From contig JAAOMT010000183.1 of the NCBI GenBank assembly GCA_016748015.1, positions 698,787 to 762,786 of the forward strand: a DNA stretch of 64,000 nt, read 5' to 3'. Source of the DNA: Geosiphon pyriformis uo1. Its lineage: Eukaryota > Fungi > Glomeromycota. A model generated the notes under the pieces. The model was not told where the DNA came from and ran no database searches. It saw nothing but the letters and a program-made list of their open reading frames with translations. Below, piece by piece: positions 1 through 15,292 of the stretch. The position numbers and the translations under genes are program-made. Within the stretch, counting starts at the first letter, position 1; each line of letters starts with the position of its first letter.

Positions 1-1899
1 AAAAGAGATTGCAGAAAGCTACAATGAGACCAACAAAATAGGAGTAATCAACATTACCCTTCACCACAGCAATCTTATTATTAACTGCCACCACCAGCTT
101 ACTATTCACCAAGACCCCAATACTAAAGTAACTATTATCAGCCTGCCTTACAGCCAACCCAACAGCAATACCAACAACCATCCACACAACATTATCAAGT
201 GTCTGCTCGAAGATAAATTCTGCAAAATCAGTTCACACCACAAAACTGATACCATGTAAACAACAATAGAATCAATTTGAACAACCAATTGGTTCCCCAA
301 AATTCAGCTCAACCAAGACCCAACCACTATTATACTCAACCTAGTTATCTTACAATGCCAGAAAAACAGGATTTTTACTATACTGCACTTTCAGAAAGTA
401 AAGCTGTAGCACAACAACAAAACCCTTCCTATACTCTTACCACAATTCTACCAGCCAGAATTGCTGAAAACGCCAACCTTTCAGATATATTCTCTTTCGA
501 ATTTGAAGCAAATGAATCACCATTCTTGCTTAGCAATACAACGGCTAATGAGCAAAAAGCCATTATTACAATGTACACAGAAGCTAAAGCAGAAGAAAAG
601 CCAATTCGTTTGATCCTAGACAGTGGGTCTGCTGGAAGCATTATCACATATCAATTAATGCAGCAGCTAAAAAAGAATGTTGACCAACCAGCTCAGACAA
701 TCATTGTTACTGCTGATGGCATGAAAAAGACTCCAGTAGGAGAAATTGACAACTTCCCATTCACAATTAACAGAATTACCATTCCAGTCAAAGTTCTGGT
801 CATGGATGCTCCCCAATACTAAGCTCTCATCAGAAATGATTGGCTCCAAAAAGCCAATGCTAATCTGAATTGGGAGACACAAGAGTTGACAATCTCCTAT
901 CAAGGACAACATGTCTGGATATCTGCCATTTGTGGTACATTCAACAAATGTTCCAGCTTTTGAATTCGAACCAAAAGAAGAAAAACCCATCATTGAAACA
1001 TTTATGGCACTTGGATCAACCTCCAATTGGGCTGATGAAACTGAACAACAGTATTTTTCAACAAACAATTCTCTTGAAACAAAAGAACCAGTAACACCCA
1101 GATGGAATGTCACCTATTCAAAACCAAAACCACAAAAACAATGCCCTTATATTCCACTTAAATGCAAAGATTGCCACAAGAAACTCTCATTAATGAGAGC
1201 TTGTATTTTACCCGAGGAAGAATATGGAAACCATACCTGTTACTATTGCAAATTCTACCACTAAGAACAATGGGGACACCTAGTTAAAAGAAGTGAAAAA
1301 TGAGATAGAACACCCTGTTTGATTTGTAGAGAACAATTACTTAATGAATGCGACTGGATTAATGTTGCATTTAGAGGAGGAGTCTGTAATCAAACATGCC
1401 AATATGCCTTTTTAATTTCAAAAAAAGTAACAAAAGGAACCCCTTTTGATGCTGCTTACAACAGTGCCCTCAATAAACTGTATCATTACCCTCATAATGC
1501 CAAAATGATTTTCGATCTAGCAATGGCTTTAATCAACAAAGCCACTTAAGAAAATGTTTGTCAAATAAAAAAATCAGAATATATTGCATACACCTTTGAA
1601 ATCGCTAGATACAACTACAAAAATGAAATAGAAGTATATCACCAAATTGCCAGTTATACTTACCTGACCAAAGAAGCTCAAGCCCAATGGCTAGAGCAAA
1701 TAAACATTAAATTGTGTGAAGAATGCATAATGTCTTGCAATAAACAATAGTGCCCTGAATGCTATGCTCTTAGCATTTCCCTGCCTAGTGAAAACGATGA
1801 AAACAAAATTGAATTTGGAGAACCTGAAGCAACAGAAGAAATTAAAGCAACACCCATCTATCTCATTGAAAATAAATACTTCAACAACAACAGACAAAG

Positions 1900-2300
1900 A
1901 ATAAAACCCAAAAAAGCACATAAAATTGATACTGGATATGATCTAAGATATCTAGACAAGGATATTTTTGTTCTCAAACCCAAATCTCTCACAAAAATCA
2001 ACCTCAAAATTGCCTTCAAAATCCTGCCAGGAGCAATAATTTAAATTGCCTTCCAGTCTTCTCTGGCAAGCAAAGGAATCAATATCAGAGGAGGAATAAT
2101 CAATGCTGGATATACTGGTAACATAACAATAATACTCCAAAATGAAACTGATAAATCTTTCAGAATTGAACATGCTGAAAAAATTGCTCAAGCTATCTAT
2201 TTACCCTTAATCAACATTTCGGACTTACAGTTAGTCAACCAAAGAGAACAATTGGGAAAAAACAAAAAAGGAACACAAGGTTTTGGTTCAACTGGACGAT
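1900..2300 (+). pseudogene. dut: dUTPase domain of copy A
   Basis: DTGYDL, QSSLA, GIINAGYTG, KIAQAI, GTQGFGSTG correspond to dUTPase motifs 1-5; one in-frame stop. Confidence 0.9.
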
Positions 2301-5300
2301 TTACAGTTCCAGTAAACATAGTTCTCAATGAACAGAATGAGTCTCACCAGATTTTATGTCTTCCTCAACCAATCACTATCTCACCTTTTGGAGAACACCC
2401 CGAAATCTATACCTGCCCAAAGCCAACAACCACCCAACAAATTTTTGAGTCCAATAAACAAATCTGCTTGAAACATAATATCTCAATCCCAAATATTTAC
2501 ATCCCAAAAGGAACAAAGAAAGTCTGAGTTACTTTTTACAACCCCAATAATTACCCCATAGTTTTATTAAATAACTTAGAAATTGGAGTTATTCACAGTA
2601 ATATCTTTCAACAAGAATTACCCCAAACAGTCCCTAATTTCTCTGAAATTATTGGACATTCACTTCCAAAAATCAACCCAAACCCCAACTTTGAAAACTA
2701 CCATGTTGTCATGGAAAAACTATCTCGAATTAACATGGGACAACTTGAACCACAACAACAGAGCCAGCTCAAAGAACTAATTGCAGAATTTGCTGATATC
2801 TTTGCCGAAAACAACAATGACTTAGGAAGAACTGATTTGGTTCAACACCAAATCTATACAGGAGATGCCAAACCAAGGTGACAGTAAGCTTATCGAGTTG
2901 CTCCAGAAAGTCACCAATTTATCCGCAAAGAAGTACAACAGATGCTCAACAATGGGCTTATTCAACCATCAATAAGTCCATGGGCCTCACCTGTGGTCTT
3001 AGTTAAAAAGAAGAATGGAAAGATACAATTTTGTGTTGATTATTAACAACTCAACAGTGTCACTATTGGAAATGCCTACCCTCTTCCCTGAATTGATGAC
3101 ATGCTAGATGTTCTTGGGAAGTCCAAATACTCTTCAACATTAGATTTAGAAAGTGGATACTAACAAGTTGCCATGGATCTCAAAGATTACTCCAAAACAG
3201 CATTCACCACTCAAAAAAGAAATTATGAGTTCAATGTAATGCCTTTTGGATTATGCAATGTACCAGCAACATTCCAAAGACTTATGGACATTGTTTACAA
3301 AGGCCTTCTTTGGAAATCAGTAGTTGTTTATTTCGATGATACTGATGTTTATTTACCATTTTTTGAATTATACTTAAAACACCTATGCAAAGTTTTTCAA
3401 TGATTACAGAAAACAGGATTGAAACTGAACATCGAAAAATACTACTTTGGAAAAACGAGTTTGGCCTTTCGTGGTCACATTGTTAGTAAAGATAGAATCA
3501 AACTGGACCCTTGAAAAATCAGTGCTGTCAAAAACTTCAAAACTTCTCAAAACACTACAGAACTAAGAGGATTTATAGGGTTAGCCTCCTACTATCGGAA
3601 GTTTATCAAAGGATTCTCAGAAATCACAAAACCTCTCAACCAGCTTACCACCAAAAATGTTAAATACAAATGGACTGTTGAACACCAAAATGCATTTAAA
3701 ATCCTCAAAGAAAAACTAATGACAGCTCCAATTCTTGCCTACCCAGATTTCAGCAACCAATTCCAGTTAGCAACAGATGTTTTTTATACTGCCTTTGGTG
3801 CCATCCTATCACAGTTAGATGACAATAGAAATGAGCAAGTAATTGCTTATGCTAGCAGAACATTGAAACCAGCCAAAAAGAACTACCCTGCAACAGAATT
3901 AGAAACTGCAGCAGTAATCTGGGCTCTACATTACTTCAATCTTTACCTCAAACCCAAAAAATTCGATATTATCACTGATAATATTGGACTTAAATAGCTT
4001 TAAAACAAAAACACTCAGCTAAACGCAAAACAAACCTGATGAACAGAATTTTTAGCCAACTACCAATACATTGTACACCACAAACCAGGAAAACTTCACA
4101 CCAATGTTAATTGTCTCTCAAGAATGAGGCAAGATTAGAATACAGAACCAACACCCATTTGAATTAACAACAAAACAATAAACCCCAAAAACTACAACAA
4201 TCTTAAACAATATTTGGAGATATTAACAATCCCAACAGATTGGTCTTCAGATAAAAAACATCGGTTACAACAACAAGCCAAACAATACTTTTTACACAAC
4301 AACATAATTTATTATCGAAACTTCAGAAACCCAGACAATCTACTCAGATTAATACAAGTACATAAAAAAGAAATTATTTTATATAACATGCATTCAGACT
4401 CTTCATCAGCACATTTAGGAAAAGACAGCACCACTCAGAGAACACTAGAATATTACTTTTGGCCTCAAATGAGAAAAGACATTTATGAATACATTAAGTC
4501 TTGTGATAATTGTCAAAGAAGAAGAGGAACTTGCCTTACAGAACCTTTAAACCCAATCAAAGTTGGACAGCCTTTTGACCAAGTTGGTATCAATTTAGTC
4601 AGACCACTATCTATTACAAACCAAGGAAACCATTATATTGCAGTAGCTGTAGACTATTTCACCAAATGGTCTGAAGCCAGAGCCATTCAATGAGCAGATG
4701 TGAAATCAGTAGCAAACTTCATCTATGAAGACATTATTTGTAAACATGGATGCCCAATAGAACTTTTATCTGATCAAAAAACACATTTCGTGAACAATTT
4801 AATCCAGGAAATTTGTGGATGATTTAATGTCAAGAGACCATTATCTTTGCCTTACCATCCACAAACAAATGGATTTGTAGAATGTTTCAACAGAACATTG
4901 TGTGAATTATTAGTCAAAGTCTCAACCGATTTTGAGCAAAAATGAGATCTTTTTATTCCATCAGTATTACTAGCATATAGAACACTAAAACAAGATACCA
5001 CAAAACACACCATTTGATTTAACCTATAGAAGGACAGCAACATTACCAATTAGTTTCACAATAGAAACATATCCAGTACAACCAATTAATAAAGACAACT
5101 TTCAGGAAACACTACAATGAAGAGCCTATATTCTGCTTAGCACATTGGAAGGAAAACAACAAATAGCAGCCACCCATATTAAATACTCCCAAGCTCAACA
5201 AAAAGAATAGCATAATAACAAATTGCCTCCAGTTACCAATGAATTTAAAATCAGAAACAAAGTTCTCTTACACAGAACTAAAGCTGAAAAACAATAGAGT

Positions 5301-5682
5301 GGAAAATTTGAAAATAAATGGGATGGATCATTCTTTATCCATGAAGTCCTAGGCAACGGATCATACAAGCTAAGACTTGATAACAAAATCCTAGCAAAAG
5401 TTGTATATGGAGATCATTTGAAATACTATAATTCCAGAAACAATCCCGAACCATTAATCTCACAAATTGGTACACATTTCTCTTTAATCAATCCTGAAGA
5501 TATTCTCTGAAATTTAGAACCAATAGTTGTCATTGAACAACCTTCCAACTTGAACACTTAATTTAAATTTATCATTATAGTTATCTTCTTATAATTTAGA
5601 AACAATCTCACAAAAACAAAACAAAAATAACATAAAAACCCATACACCAAAAATAATTTTCTTTTATTTCAAATCTCTTATA

Positions 5683-6336
5683 ATGACTATTCTTCAAAAC
5701 ATTCAACAATTATCCCAAAAATTAATGTTAGCTTTAAAAACAATACCTGAATTATCTATTACTGTTACTGAAAACCACATTAATTATACCCAAACAGAAG
5801 TAGTTACAAATTTAGTTCCAAATTCATGAAAATATCACCCATATAAGAAGAATACAAGAAGTTATTTTGGAATTCACCTGCCAGAACTTTTAAAGCTTGC
5901 TTTAAGAGAAAACTTAATGCTCACTCCTATTAGTATTCTACCAAATGCTACTATTCAACAAAAACTTCAACTGTGTCTTAACAAAGAAAACTATGACTAT
6001 ACTTCAATATATAGATATTTCTACATTAGAAAAACACTTCACGAACAAAAACGGGAGCTTATAGCAGCAAACCTCACAAAAAAAGCTATTCAGAAACAAC
6101 TCCACAACAAATTCAAGACAACAGCTAGACCTACAAACAGTCGTTATAAACTAAGAGCTGCTCTTAGACTTTATGATCTATTCCACACCTGTGAAAACGT
6201 TCTACAAAACCCAATTTTATAGTTTTTGAAGATTCAATACATTGGAAAGCTCACAGAACTGAAATTTCAACAATTTTCAAATCAAATTTCTTCAATAATT
6301 TTGGATTATTATCTGGAAATTACAGACAGTACTTAG
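5683..6336 (+). pseudogene. ORF3 accessory protein of copy A (two internal stops)
   Basis: ATG at 5683 in frame with ORF 5917-6222; similar to ORF3 of copies C, D and F. Confidence 0.75.
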
Positions 6337-6370
6337 ACTTTGATGGAGCTCAATCTTGAGGAGGAGGTTA

Positions 6371-7341
6371 TGTTACCAAACGAAATTAGAGATATTGTTT
6401 AGCATGAAATTATCTTTATAAATCTTATCATTAATTAGCATATATTATCATTCAAATTATCACTTATTACATTAGCAAAATGTCTGAAATTATCATTTAA
6501 TTAATAATTCAATTTGTACATAACACAAATGTAACCTAAGTATGATGATCAATCATGCAATACCCTGAAATATGTAACATTCAAAAGTTTGCCGAAATTT
6601 GTAGAAATTCACCGAAATAATTGAGAGTTTACTGAAATATCTAATAGTTTACAGAAATAACTTGTAGTTCGCCAAAATGTATCTTTAGTTTAGTGAAATT
6701 GTAGAAAAGAGCAAAGTTCAAGTTTATAGAATAGTGTTATAACAAATTGTATAAAAGAAGAGCTTCTCTCTTCAAAAAAATGTATCTTACTTTAAATTTA
6801 CTTCTGAGAACTGTTCCTATACACACAAAAAAAAATAAATATCAAATAATTCGAAAAACCAAATTTTTTAATTATTGCACTTGAAAAATCCTCAAAACCC
6901 AACTAACATTTTGAAATTGATTAGCTACCAATTTCAGTAAAACTGTTAGTGACTCCAGGCCTGAATAGAAAACGTTCCCCTTGACAGAATTCTATTTCTT
7001 TTACATTTCTTTTATTTTCTTTCTTTTATCTTCTTATTATAATCATTAGGGTAGCCTACAGACAAGATTCCTATAGAAGAGTTGACTTTCACAACAAAGT
7101 AACTATACATTTTAGTAAGCTTCCAGACAAGCAATTTTTGGGAAAGAGTTGACATTTACTACAATGTAACTACACAAAGCAACTGGCATGAAATTGGCCA
7201 TTTCACTTATAAGCCCATTATAGAAGATAATTTGAAAATAAATTCAGATATTGGAGGTTCAAACACTTCCCATAATTGTGAATTAACAGCATTACAATAA
7301 ACATACAAGAGCTAAAAAGAGACCAAAAACCTTCAGTAACA
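6371..7341 (+). repeat. 3' LTR of copy A (971 bp)
   Basis: TGTTAC/GTAACA termini directly after the PPT; homologous to the minus-strand LTR at 38199-39119. Confidence 0.9.
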
Positions 7342-10300
7342 ATATCAGCCAAAAGCCCTAAACACATTAAAATCTCTATCTACAATACAATAGAAGATGT
7401 TATTAAAATACCAAAAAAAACCACTATTGGATACTTAACTACTGAAGTTGACAATTAATCACCAAACCCCATTCCAAATTTTCTACAACTGTGCAGATAT
7501 GTAGACATCACATCACAAATAATATATGGACAAAAGGAATGTTATTTGCTATAGCCAAAACAATTAAAACAAATGAATTTGGGAAACTTAGATCCATTAC
7601 AACAAATACAACTCAAAATATTACTTAACAACTTCACTGACATCTTTGCTAGTAAAAACAAATTTGGCAGAACTAACATAATTCAACATCAGATCAAAAC
7701 TAAAGATACAATACTAATTAAACAAAAAGCATACTAAGTACCATTAGTAAGCCATGAAATCATCTGACAAGAGATTAATTGAATGTTAGAAAATGGGTTA
7801 ATTTAATCATCAATGAGTCCATGGTCATTACCAGTGGTATTAGTTCATAAAAAAAATGAGAAATTCCACTTTTGTGTAGATTACTAAAAACTTAATAGAG
7901 TAACAAAAAAAGATAGCTACTTAACTCCAAAGATCCAAGAACTTTTTGATGCTTTTGGAGGAAAGAAATGGTTTTTAACTTTGGACTTAAACAGTAGTTA
8001 TTGGCAAGTAGTCATAAATCTAGCTGATAAGAAAAAACTGCATTTAAAACTAGAGAAAAAAATTTTGAATTTGAAGTAATGCCATTTGGCTTAATAAATG
8101 CTCTAACCACATTTTAATGGCTCATGAAAATTGTCTATATCAGACTATTATAGAAATTAGTAATTATATATCTGAATGACACTAATGTATTTTTAAAAAC
8201 ATTTAATAATCATCTTTATTATCTACAGCAAGTGTTTGAAAGACTCAGACATGTCAGATTAAAATTAAATGCAATCAAGTGTTTTTTTAGAAAAACTGGA
8301 CTCAAGTTTTTGGAACATATTATAAGTAAAGATGATATCAAAACAGATTCAGACAAAATTGAAATAGTTAAAAACTTTTTAGTATTCACCAACTTAATTA
8401 AACTATGAGCATTCTTGAGATTTGTGGGTTACTACTGCCACTTTATCAAAGACTTTTCCAAATTGGCTCAGCCATTACATTAGCTCCAAATAAAGGACAC
8501 TAAATATGAATAAATGGAAAACCAGTAAGAAGCTTTTGATATATTAAGAAAAAAGCTTAATTAAGCTTCAGTACTAATCTATTCAGATTATAGAAAGCCA
8601 TTCATAATCACAATCAATGTGTTGAATCAAGCATTAGGAGCTGTACTATCTCAGAAAAGACCAGATAAAAGAAAACACCCAGTAGCATATGTTAGTTGCA
8701 GCTTAAGTCTAGCTGAAAAAAACTATGGAATTCCAGCACTAGAATACTTAGCAATCTATTGAACAGTCATGAAATAAAAGAAATACTTAAGCCAAAAATT
8801 TGACATATACACTAATTATAAAGAACTGACTTCAATCCAGAAGCAAAAATTTGGAGATAATTATCATACTAGATAGAAAATAGAATTTTTATCATTTAAT
8901 TATACAGTACATTATAAAAAGAAAAAAAAAATAGAAATGCTGATAGTTTGTCACAGATAAGACAAATCTAAAAACATTCTAATCTAAAAATATAACAAAA
9001 AATAAATACACAAAAATATCAACAATTTCAACATTTTATAAATACTCAACAATTCAAGGAAAAATTATTTTAAAATAAATAAAACCATATTAAACAACAG
9101 TCTAAATATTTTTTTATTTACCAAGATATACTTTATTGAAAAAACAGAAAGAATTCAGATCAACCAACCAGAATAATCACAGAATCAAAAAAAGAAACAA
9201 TATTATTCAACATGTACTCCAATCCAATAGCAGAACATTTTCACAAAGAAGCAACTATGAAAAGAACCAGAAAAAAATACTATTGGCCATTAATGTATTC
9301 AGACATTATTTAATATGTTCAAAATTGTGATACTTGTCAGAGAAGAGGAGGAACAAGACCTAATGAACCATTGAAACCAATTAAAGTAGAACAATTATTT
9401 GATCATATTGGAATTGACTTAGTTAGACCATTAACAAACAACCAGCAAAGGAAACAGATATATCACAGTAGTCATGAATTATCTTACTAAGTGGCCAGAA
9501 GCAAAAGACATTCAAAGAGCAGATGCAAAATCTGTTGTTAAATTCATTCATCAAGATTTGATTTGTTGACATAGATGCCCAAAAGAATTACTATTTGACC
9601 AAAGAACTTACTTTGTAAATAGAACATTAGCAGAATTAAGTTAAAAATTTAGAATAAAAAGACTATTATCATTACTATATTATCTACAAATTAATGGCTT
9701 AGTCAAAAGATTTAACAAAACATTATGTGAAGCAATTGCCAAAATCAGCCAAAAAATCAAGACAAATAAGATTTGTTTATACTATCAGTATTATTTGCTT
9801 ATTAGACAATAAAGCAAGACACTATACAAGCAATACTATTTGAATTAGTATATAATAGAACAGCAACATTACCAGTGAAGATAAAAGTCAGTATGTATCC
9901 AACTGAACCAATAACAGAAGACAATTTCCAAGAAACATTGTTAAAAAGAACATATGACTTAATAAAAACACTATAAAACAAATGGCAAAGAGCAGCTGAT
10001 AATATTCAAAAGTCACAAAAAAAACAAAAAAAAAGACATAATAACCAACTACTGAATAAACCAGTTGAATTTAAGATTGGAGACAAAGTACTTTTATATT
10101 ATACCAAAACAAAAAAACAATGAAATGGAAAATTTAACCCCAAATGGGATGGACCATTTTACATAGAAGAAATTCTAGGAAATAGAGCTTATAAATTAAG
10201 ATGAAACAACAAAATCTTAGCCAAAACAGCACATAATAATTGACTGAAACCATATTATTATATAGTATCATCATCTACCAATAATATTCCACAACTGGGA

Positions 10301-11842
10301 GTACAATGAATACTAATTCAACCAGATAAGATTCCATGAAATCTGAAACCAATCATAATTATTGAACCAAACACATCAAATTAAACAACCAAAAAGAGTA
10401 TATAAAGACATAGTATATATAACAAAGACAACAAAAAAAATAAAAATACCAGATCATATTCATACCTTAGCTCAACAATTGTTTTAAGCCTTAAGTCAAC
10501 AACAATTAAACATGAAAATTGTCATCAACTACCAAACAATCTGTTATCAAAACACCAAACAAAAAAAAAAGTACACCATATTAACGACCACAAAAACAAT
10601 CAAGAAACTCTTCAAATAAAATAGTAAAGAAAGTAAAAAACACTTTTGAGAAAATACTCATCATAGTTCTAACAGAAAAACTTTCAAAAGATAATTGGAA
10701 ACAATAGACAAAACAACTTCCAATATTATACTACTACTATTAATTGGGACAAAAGTTAAACATTCAGAAATTATATCTTAATAAAGCCAAAAGAATATTC
10801 AATCAAGAAATAATACAGAATATTGAGAATATTATCAAAAAGAAAACAAATTTAATACTGCACATTAGAACAATCTATCAATTACACATGATATTTCAAA
10901 ATTACTCAGAAATATTGTTACATCCCAACATGGAGACAATTATTATAAACTGATGGGAAAGAATAAACAACATGTAAATCAAAGATATAAGAAACAAAAT
11001 TAAACAAACAGTATTAGAAAAAAAAGTATTAAACTTAATTCAAAATAAAGATTTTGACAAAGGTTAATATTAAAAAAAGGAGATAATATTATTCATAAAA
11101 AAAATATATAAAGAAAAATAGTAAGAAAACAGATAGACCAATAGAAAAGTAATAGTTAATACATGAGCACATTGTTCAAGAAATTATAACACATTGCTCG
11201 GAAATATAAATGATTTCATAAAACATAAATTATGTATATATAGCAAGAGTATTAAAAGCAGAAAAGACAGAATAATTATTCAGACCTTCTTATTACCCTA
11301 TCTTTATTAGAATTATCAATATCAATAAATAATTATTTATTATCTAAACCATTCTTCTTACTATTAATACTTTATGTTGATAGTATTAAATACTTAACTA
11401 TACTGGAACAATAACTCTTGATCATAACTATTGATGAGATACTAACATAATTGTTTTGGCCAATTTTTTTATTTTTTTTATTATTTTTCTTTACTGTAAT
11501 ATTTTATTGTTATATACTAGTTGATTAAAGATTAAATATTAATTTATTGACATTACAGATAGCTTGGTAAAAAACCCAAATAGAAGGATACAGAATAAGA
11601 ATTGGAATAGCTTACCAGAAGGGCACAACTCCCAAAATAAACTGACCACCAAACTAAAAAAAAAAATTAGGAAACTTATTACAAAAAAAATGCATACCAT
11701 TGAATCTCTGTTCATTATACAAAAGACTCAACCAAAACCTTCAGATTGTAAAAACTTCAGATGTTACTATTAATTACAGCTCTTGAACACCAAGTTATGA
11801 GTTTGTTATTTGATTTGAAACTCCAAATAATCACTTATAACA
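7342..11842 (+). mobile_element. Degenerate Ty3/gypsy copy B (F family): RT-RH-IN-ORF3-3' LTR (LTR about 11087-11842)
   Basis: Internal region colinear with F 45517-49290; many transition-derived stops; purine tract at 11072-11083. Confidence 0.9.
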
Positions 11843-12473
11843 CTAGTTTATTTTGACAGTTGTGCTTTTTTAATAAGCTATTTTTAAATTTTTATTTTTG
11901 TTTCTAGGTTTTTTATCAGGCTATTTTTAATGTCAATTACTTAGCACTTAATCTTTTTAATCAATTTAGTAAACAACAAAAAATAAAAAAATAAAAATAA
12001 GAAAAAAAAAAAAATTAGTATTTAATTAATATTCATAATCAAAAATTATTGGTCTAGTGTGATTAAGTATTGGATTCTATCAACATAAAGTGTTGATAGA
12101 ATAAAATGAATTAATATTTCTTTAATTAAGTAATAATAATATAAATTAGATAATAATGGATAATTTTATTAATATAAAAATGATTTTACTTCAAATTATA
12201 GAAAACTATCTTTTGAAGAAAAAAGTATTGTTATTTTAAACTTTATTGAATTTTTTTGAAATTACTTTTTCTGCTTTTAATACTTTTGTTATATATATAT
12301 ATAATTTATATTATACAAAATTTCTTGAAATCTTTTAATTTCTTTAAAAGAAATCTTAAAATTTTGCAATTCTGCAATTTCTTAAAAAAAATTCTGGAAT
12401 TTTTTTTTTACTATACCTATTTTTGATTGGCTATTTTACTTATTATTATAATTCTTAATTTTTATGAGTAATA
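11843..12473 (-). repeat. Degenerate F-family LTR remnant, truncated by copy B
   Basis: Reverse complement starts TATTACTCATA and has the CCAATCA box, GAATT-repeat block and TATA region of F LTRs. Confidence 0.7.
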
Positions 12474-13940
12474 ATAGTTTGGTATACTGTGTAATTTGAT
12501 CATTTTAATTTCTTATTGTATAAATTAAGTTATTAATTAAATAGCAATTTTTGATAATTTTTAATTAAATAATAAGTGATAATTTGAATGATAATAATAT
12601 ATTTTAATTAATAATAAGAATTATAAAATAATTTTATGCTAATTAATAACTAAAATTCTATTGATAACATAATTTTCTCTTTAAAATTAAGCTTTATTGA
12701 AGTCCAAATACTCTCTGTAATATTAAGATAATAATCTAAAATAATTGAAGTAATTTAGTCTGAAAATTGTTGAAATTTTTATTTTGTGAATTTGCCAATA
12801 TATTAAATCTTTATTGGTTGAAATATTGGATTTTGTAGAACATTTTCACAAATATTAAATAAATTATAGAGTTTAAAAACTGCTCTAAGTTTGTAATAAG
12901 TGTTTGTTGGTTCAACTGCTGTTTTAAATTTATTGTGAATTTGTTTTTGTATTATTTTAAGAATAAAATTGGTTGTTTCAAGTTCTAATTTTCGTTTATA
13001 AAGTGTTTTTTCAATATAAAAATATTTAAAAATAGGAGTATATTCATAGTTTTGTTTATTATTCTATAGTTAAAGCTTTTGTTGAATTGTGGTATTTGGT
13101 AAAATATTAATAGAAGCAAATAAAAAGTTTTTTTAAAGCTTGCTTCAAAAGTTTTGACAATTGAATTCTAGAAAAACTTCTTGTGTTTTTTTTATAAAAA
13201 TAATAATTCTGAAAATTATTTACTATTGGCATCATATTTTTTTTGAGTTTAATTAATTTGATTTCTATTAATTATTATAGATAAATTAAAGAGTGTTTTT
13301 AATACTATCATTAATTTTTAAGACATTTGTTAAATGTTTGTGTATTATTAAAAAAATATTATGATAATAGTAAATTAATTGTTCAAATTTGGTTGTTTTT
13401 TTATTATAATTATTGGTTTTAAATATCAAAAAATATCTTCAGGATTAATTAAAAAAAAATTTATATTAATTTGTAGAATTATTAGTTTAGAATTGTTTTT
13501 AAAATAATAGTGCTTTAATCAATCTTCATATGTAACTTTGGTTAAAATTTTGTTATTAAGTCTTAATTTATATAATTCATTGTTTAAGATTTCATAAATA
13601 TAAAATGATCTATCTTATTTATGTTCAAATTTTCTATTCTATTGTTTTTCAGTCTTAATTTTATGTAAAAAAACTTTGTTTTCAATTTTGAATTTATTGG
13701 TAATTGGCAGCAATTTGTTATGATGTTTTTTTTATTAAACTTAGAAGTGTTTAATATAAATAGCTGCTGTTTGTCTTTTTTTTCCAATATATTAAGCAGA
13801 ATATAGGCTCTTTATTAAAGTGTTTTTTAAAAGTTTTCTTTATTAATTGGCTGTATTAGATATGTTTTTGTTATGAAGTTAATTGGTAATATTACTGTTT
13901 TTTTATTGGTTAGATCAAAAAATATGTATTTTATAATATT
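12474..13940 (-). mobile_element. Highly decayed A-family gypsy remnant (IN C-terminus, ORF3, PPT, start of LTR at 12669)
   Basis: Reverse complement aligns with A at about 5000-6560. Confidence 0.8.
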
Positions 13941-14070
13941 TGTTAATTATTTAATAATAATAATAATAAAAAATCAAATTATTGATTAAATTAATAATGT
14001 ATTAACAATTAATTCTAAAAATAAAATAATTAATATAATAATACATATAATTAATTATAATTATTATTAT

Positions 14071-14575
14071 TATTTTTTACATTTAATAAGTGAAGTCTAA
14101 ATGCTACTTAATAAAATACATCATTATATGATCTAAACTAGGCACAAATTATGCTTTTACTATACATAACTAGCCATTCAGACCAGTCAGAACAACACTA
14201 AGCACTTATAAGAACAGAAACTACATCACTAACATCTGAGAAAAACAAACATGACTTACAAAACCCAAAACTGATGCCAAATGCATCTACAATACCCAAC
14301 AACTTAACTACACCAACTGAGAGCTGCTCAGACAAACCAGAAACAGAGACAAGAATGGAGCCATTACGAAAAATTAGCCCAAATTTATTCATAAAAGCTC
14401 AGTGTTTTGCACAGACCAGCCAGATATCCTCCTGAAAAGTGAGACAAAGCCTACGCACAAAGTCCACAATTCTTTCACATCCAATCTTAAAATTACCAAA
14501 AACTGAAACAGATTCACAACACCAACCACTAAATACAAAGCCCTTATACAGAGCCATATCAACTCCAACCATTAT
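14071..14575 (-). mobile_element. 5'-truncated LINE (ORF2 C-terminus, 3'UTR, A tail)
   Basis: ORF 14198-14392 ends DAFGISFGF...SVLISA* as at 28396-28791; 3'UTR matches 28792-28910. Confidence 0.9.
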
Positions 14576-14656
14576 AATTAAATAATTAAAATAATTAAAA
14601 ATTAAAAGTTTTATTTTTAATAATATTACAATTTTGGTTTTAAATAATATTATTAT

Positions 14657-15286
14657 TGTTACGGTTGAAACACATAGTTTTTATTAATTATCACATGTAT
14701 TAGCCACTGATGTCATATAATTAGCCACTCTATTTTTAGATAGTGATCATTAATCTGGTCATTGACCACTTTAGATAGCTATATAAGCAATGATTCCCTT
14801 AGCTGTAGAAAGATATGATCAAAGTAACAAAATAAACAATATCAATTACTTCCTCTCATAATCGCTTATTCTCCTTTCTTTATCTTCAAGTATCTACTTG
14901 TTGGCATTCACATAACTTATCTTTTCCCCTTCTTGATTTGTATTTGTTAGAATTAGCCTGAGAAGCAATTGGCTTGCTCTTGTAATTTATTGAATAAAGA
15001 AACGATTGAAAAGTACAATGATACCTGTTATTGATTCTAAGAATTGCCAAGTTGAGGCATAGAATAATAGCAGTGGTGTTATTTTGTTGACAATCATGGA
15101 CTATTCCTCTACCTTCAGATTTAAGAAAAGATTAGTGACTGTGATTTTTATGAGACTGATCACACACATTGAATTCCTACTTATTCAATTTGCTCCCTTA
15201 TTGTAATTCCTTCTTTGTTTATTTCTATCACTCTACAATACTGTTCTCCCTTGCTATCCATTAGCTTGTTACTCCAACCCGTAACA
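14657..15286 (+). repeat. 5' LTR of D (630 bp)
   Basis: TGTTAC...GTAACA; direct repeat of 21439-22116. Confidence 0.97.
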
Positions 15287-15292
15287 TAAAAG

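Larger units (their letters stand above)
1..7341 (+). mobile_element. Ty3/gypsy LTR retrotransposon copy A (5' end outside window): gag tail, PR, Cys-rich region, dUTPase, RT, RNase H, IN, ORF3, PPT, 3' LTR; inserted into copy B
   Basis: PR ILDSGSAGS (~610), dUTPase motifs (~1930-2300), RT MPFGL..YFDD (~3240-3340), RH, IN HHCC/core (4214-5050), PPT GAGGAGGAGG at 6358-6367, LTR TGTTAC...GTAACA. Confidence 0.95.

Noticed and set aside
429-2191. Minus-strand ORFs over gypsy and LINE coding regions (here and at 17069, 25297, 43057 and elsewhere)
   Set aside because: Antisense shadows of skewed coding sequence with no motifs
5250-5560. Chromodomain at the integrase C-terminus (chromovirus)
   Set aside because: Only a GPY/F-type module (KWDGSF..GNGSYKL) is present, with no Y.VE.I...YLVKW.GY pattern
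6585-6700. Regularly spaced repeats as a CRISPR-like array (also 21525-21598 and 39990-40125)
   Set aside because: Short degenerate tandem units without unique spacers inside eukaryotic LTRs; no cas genes
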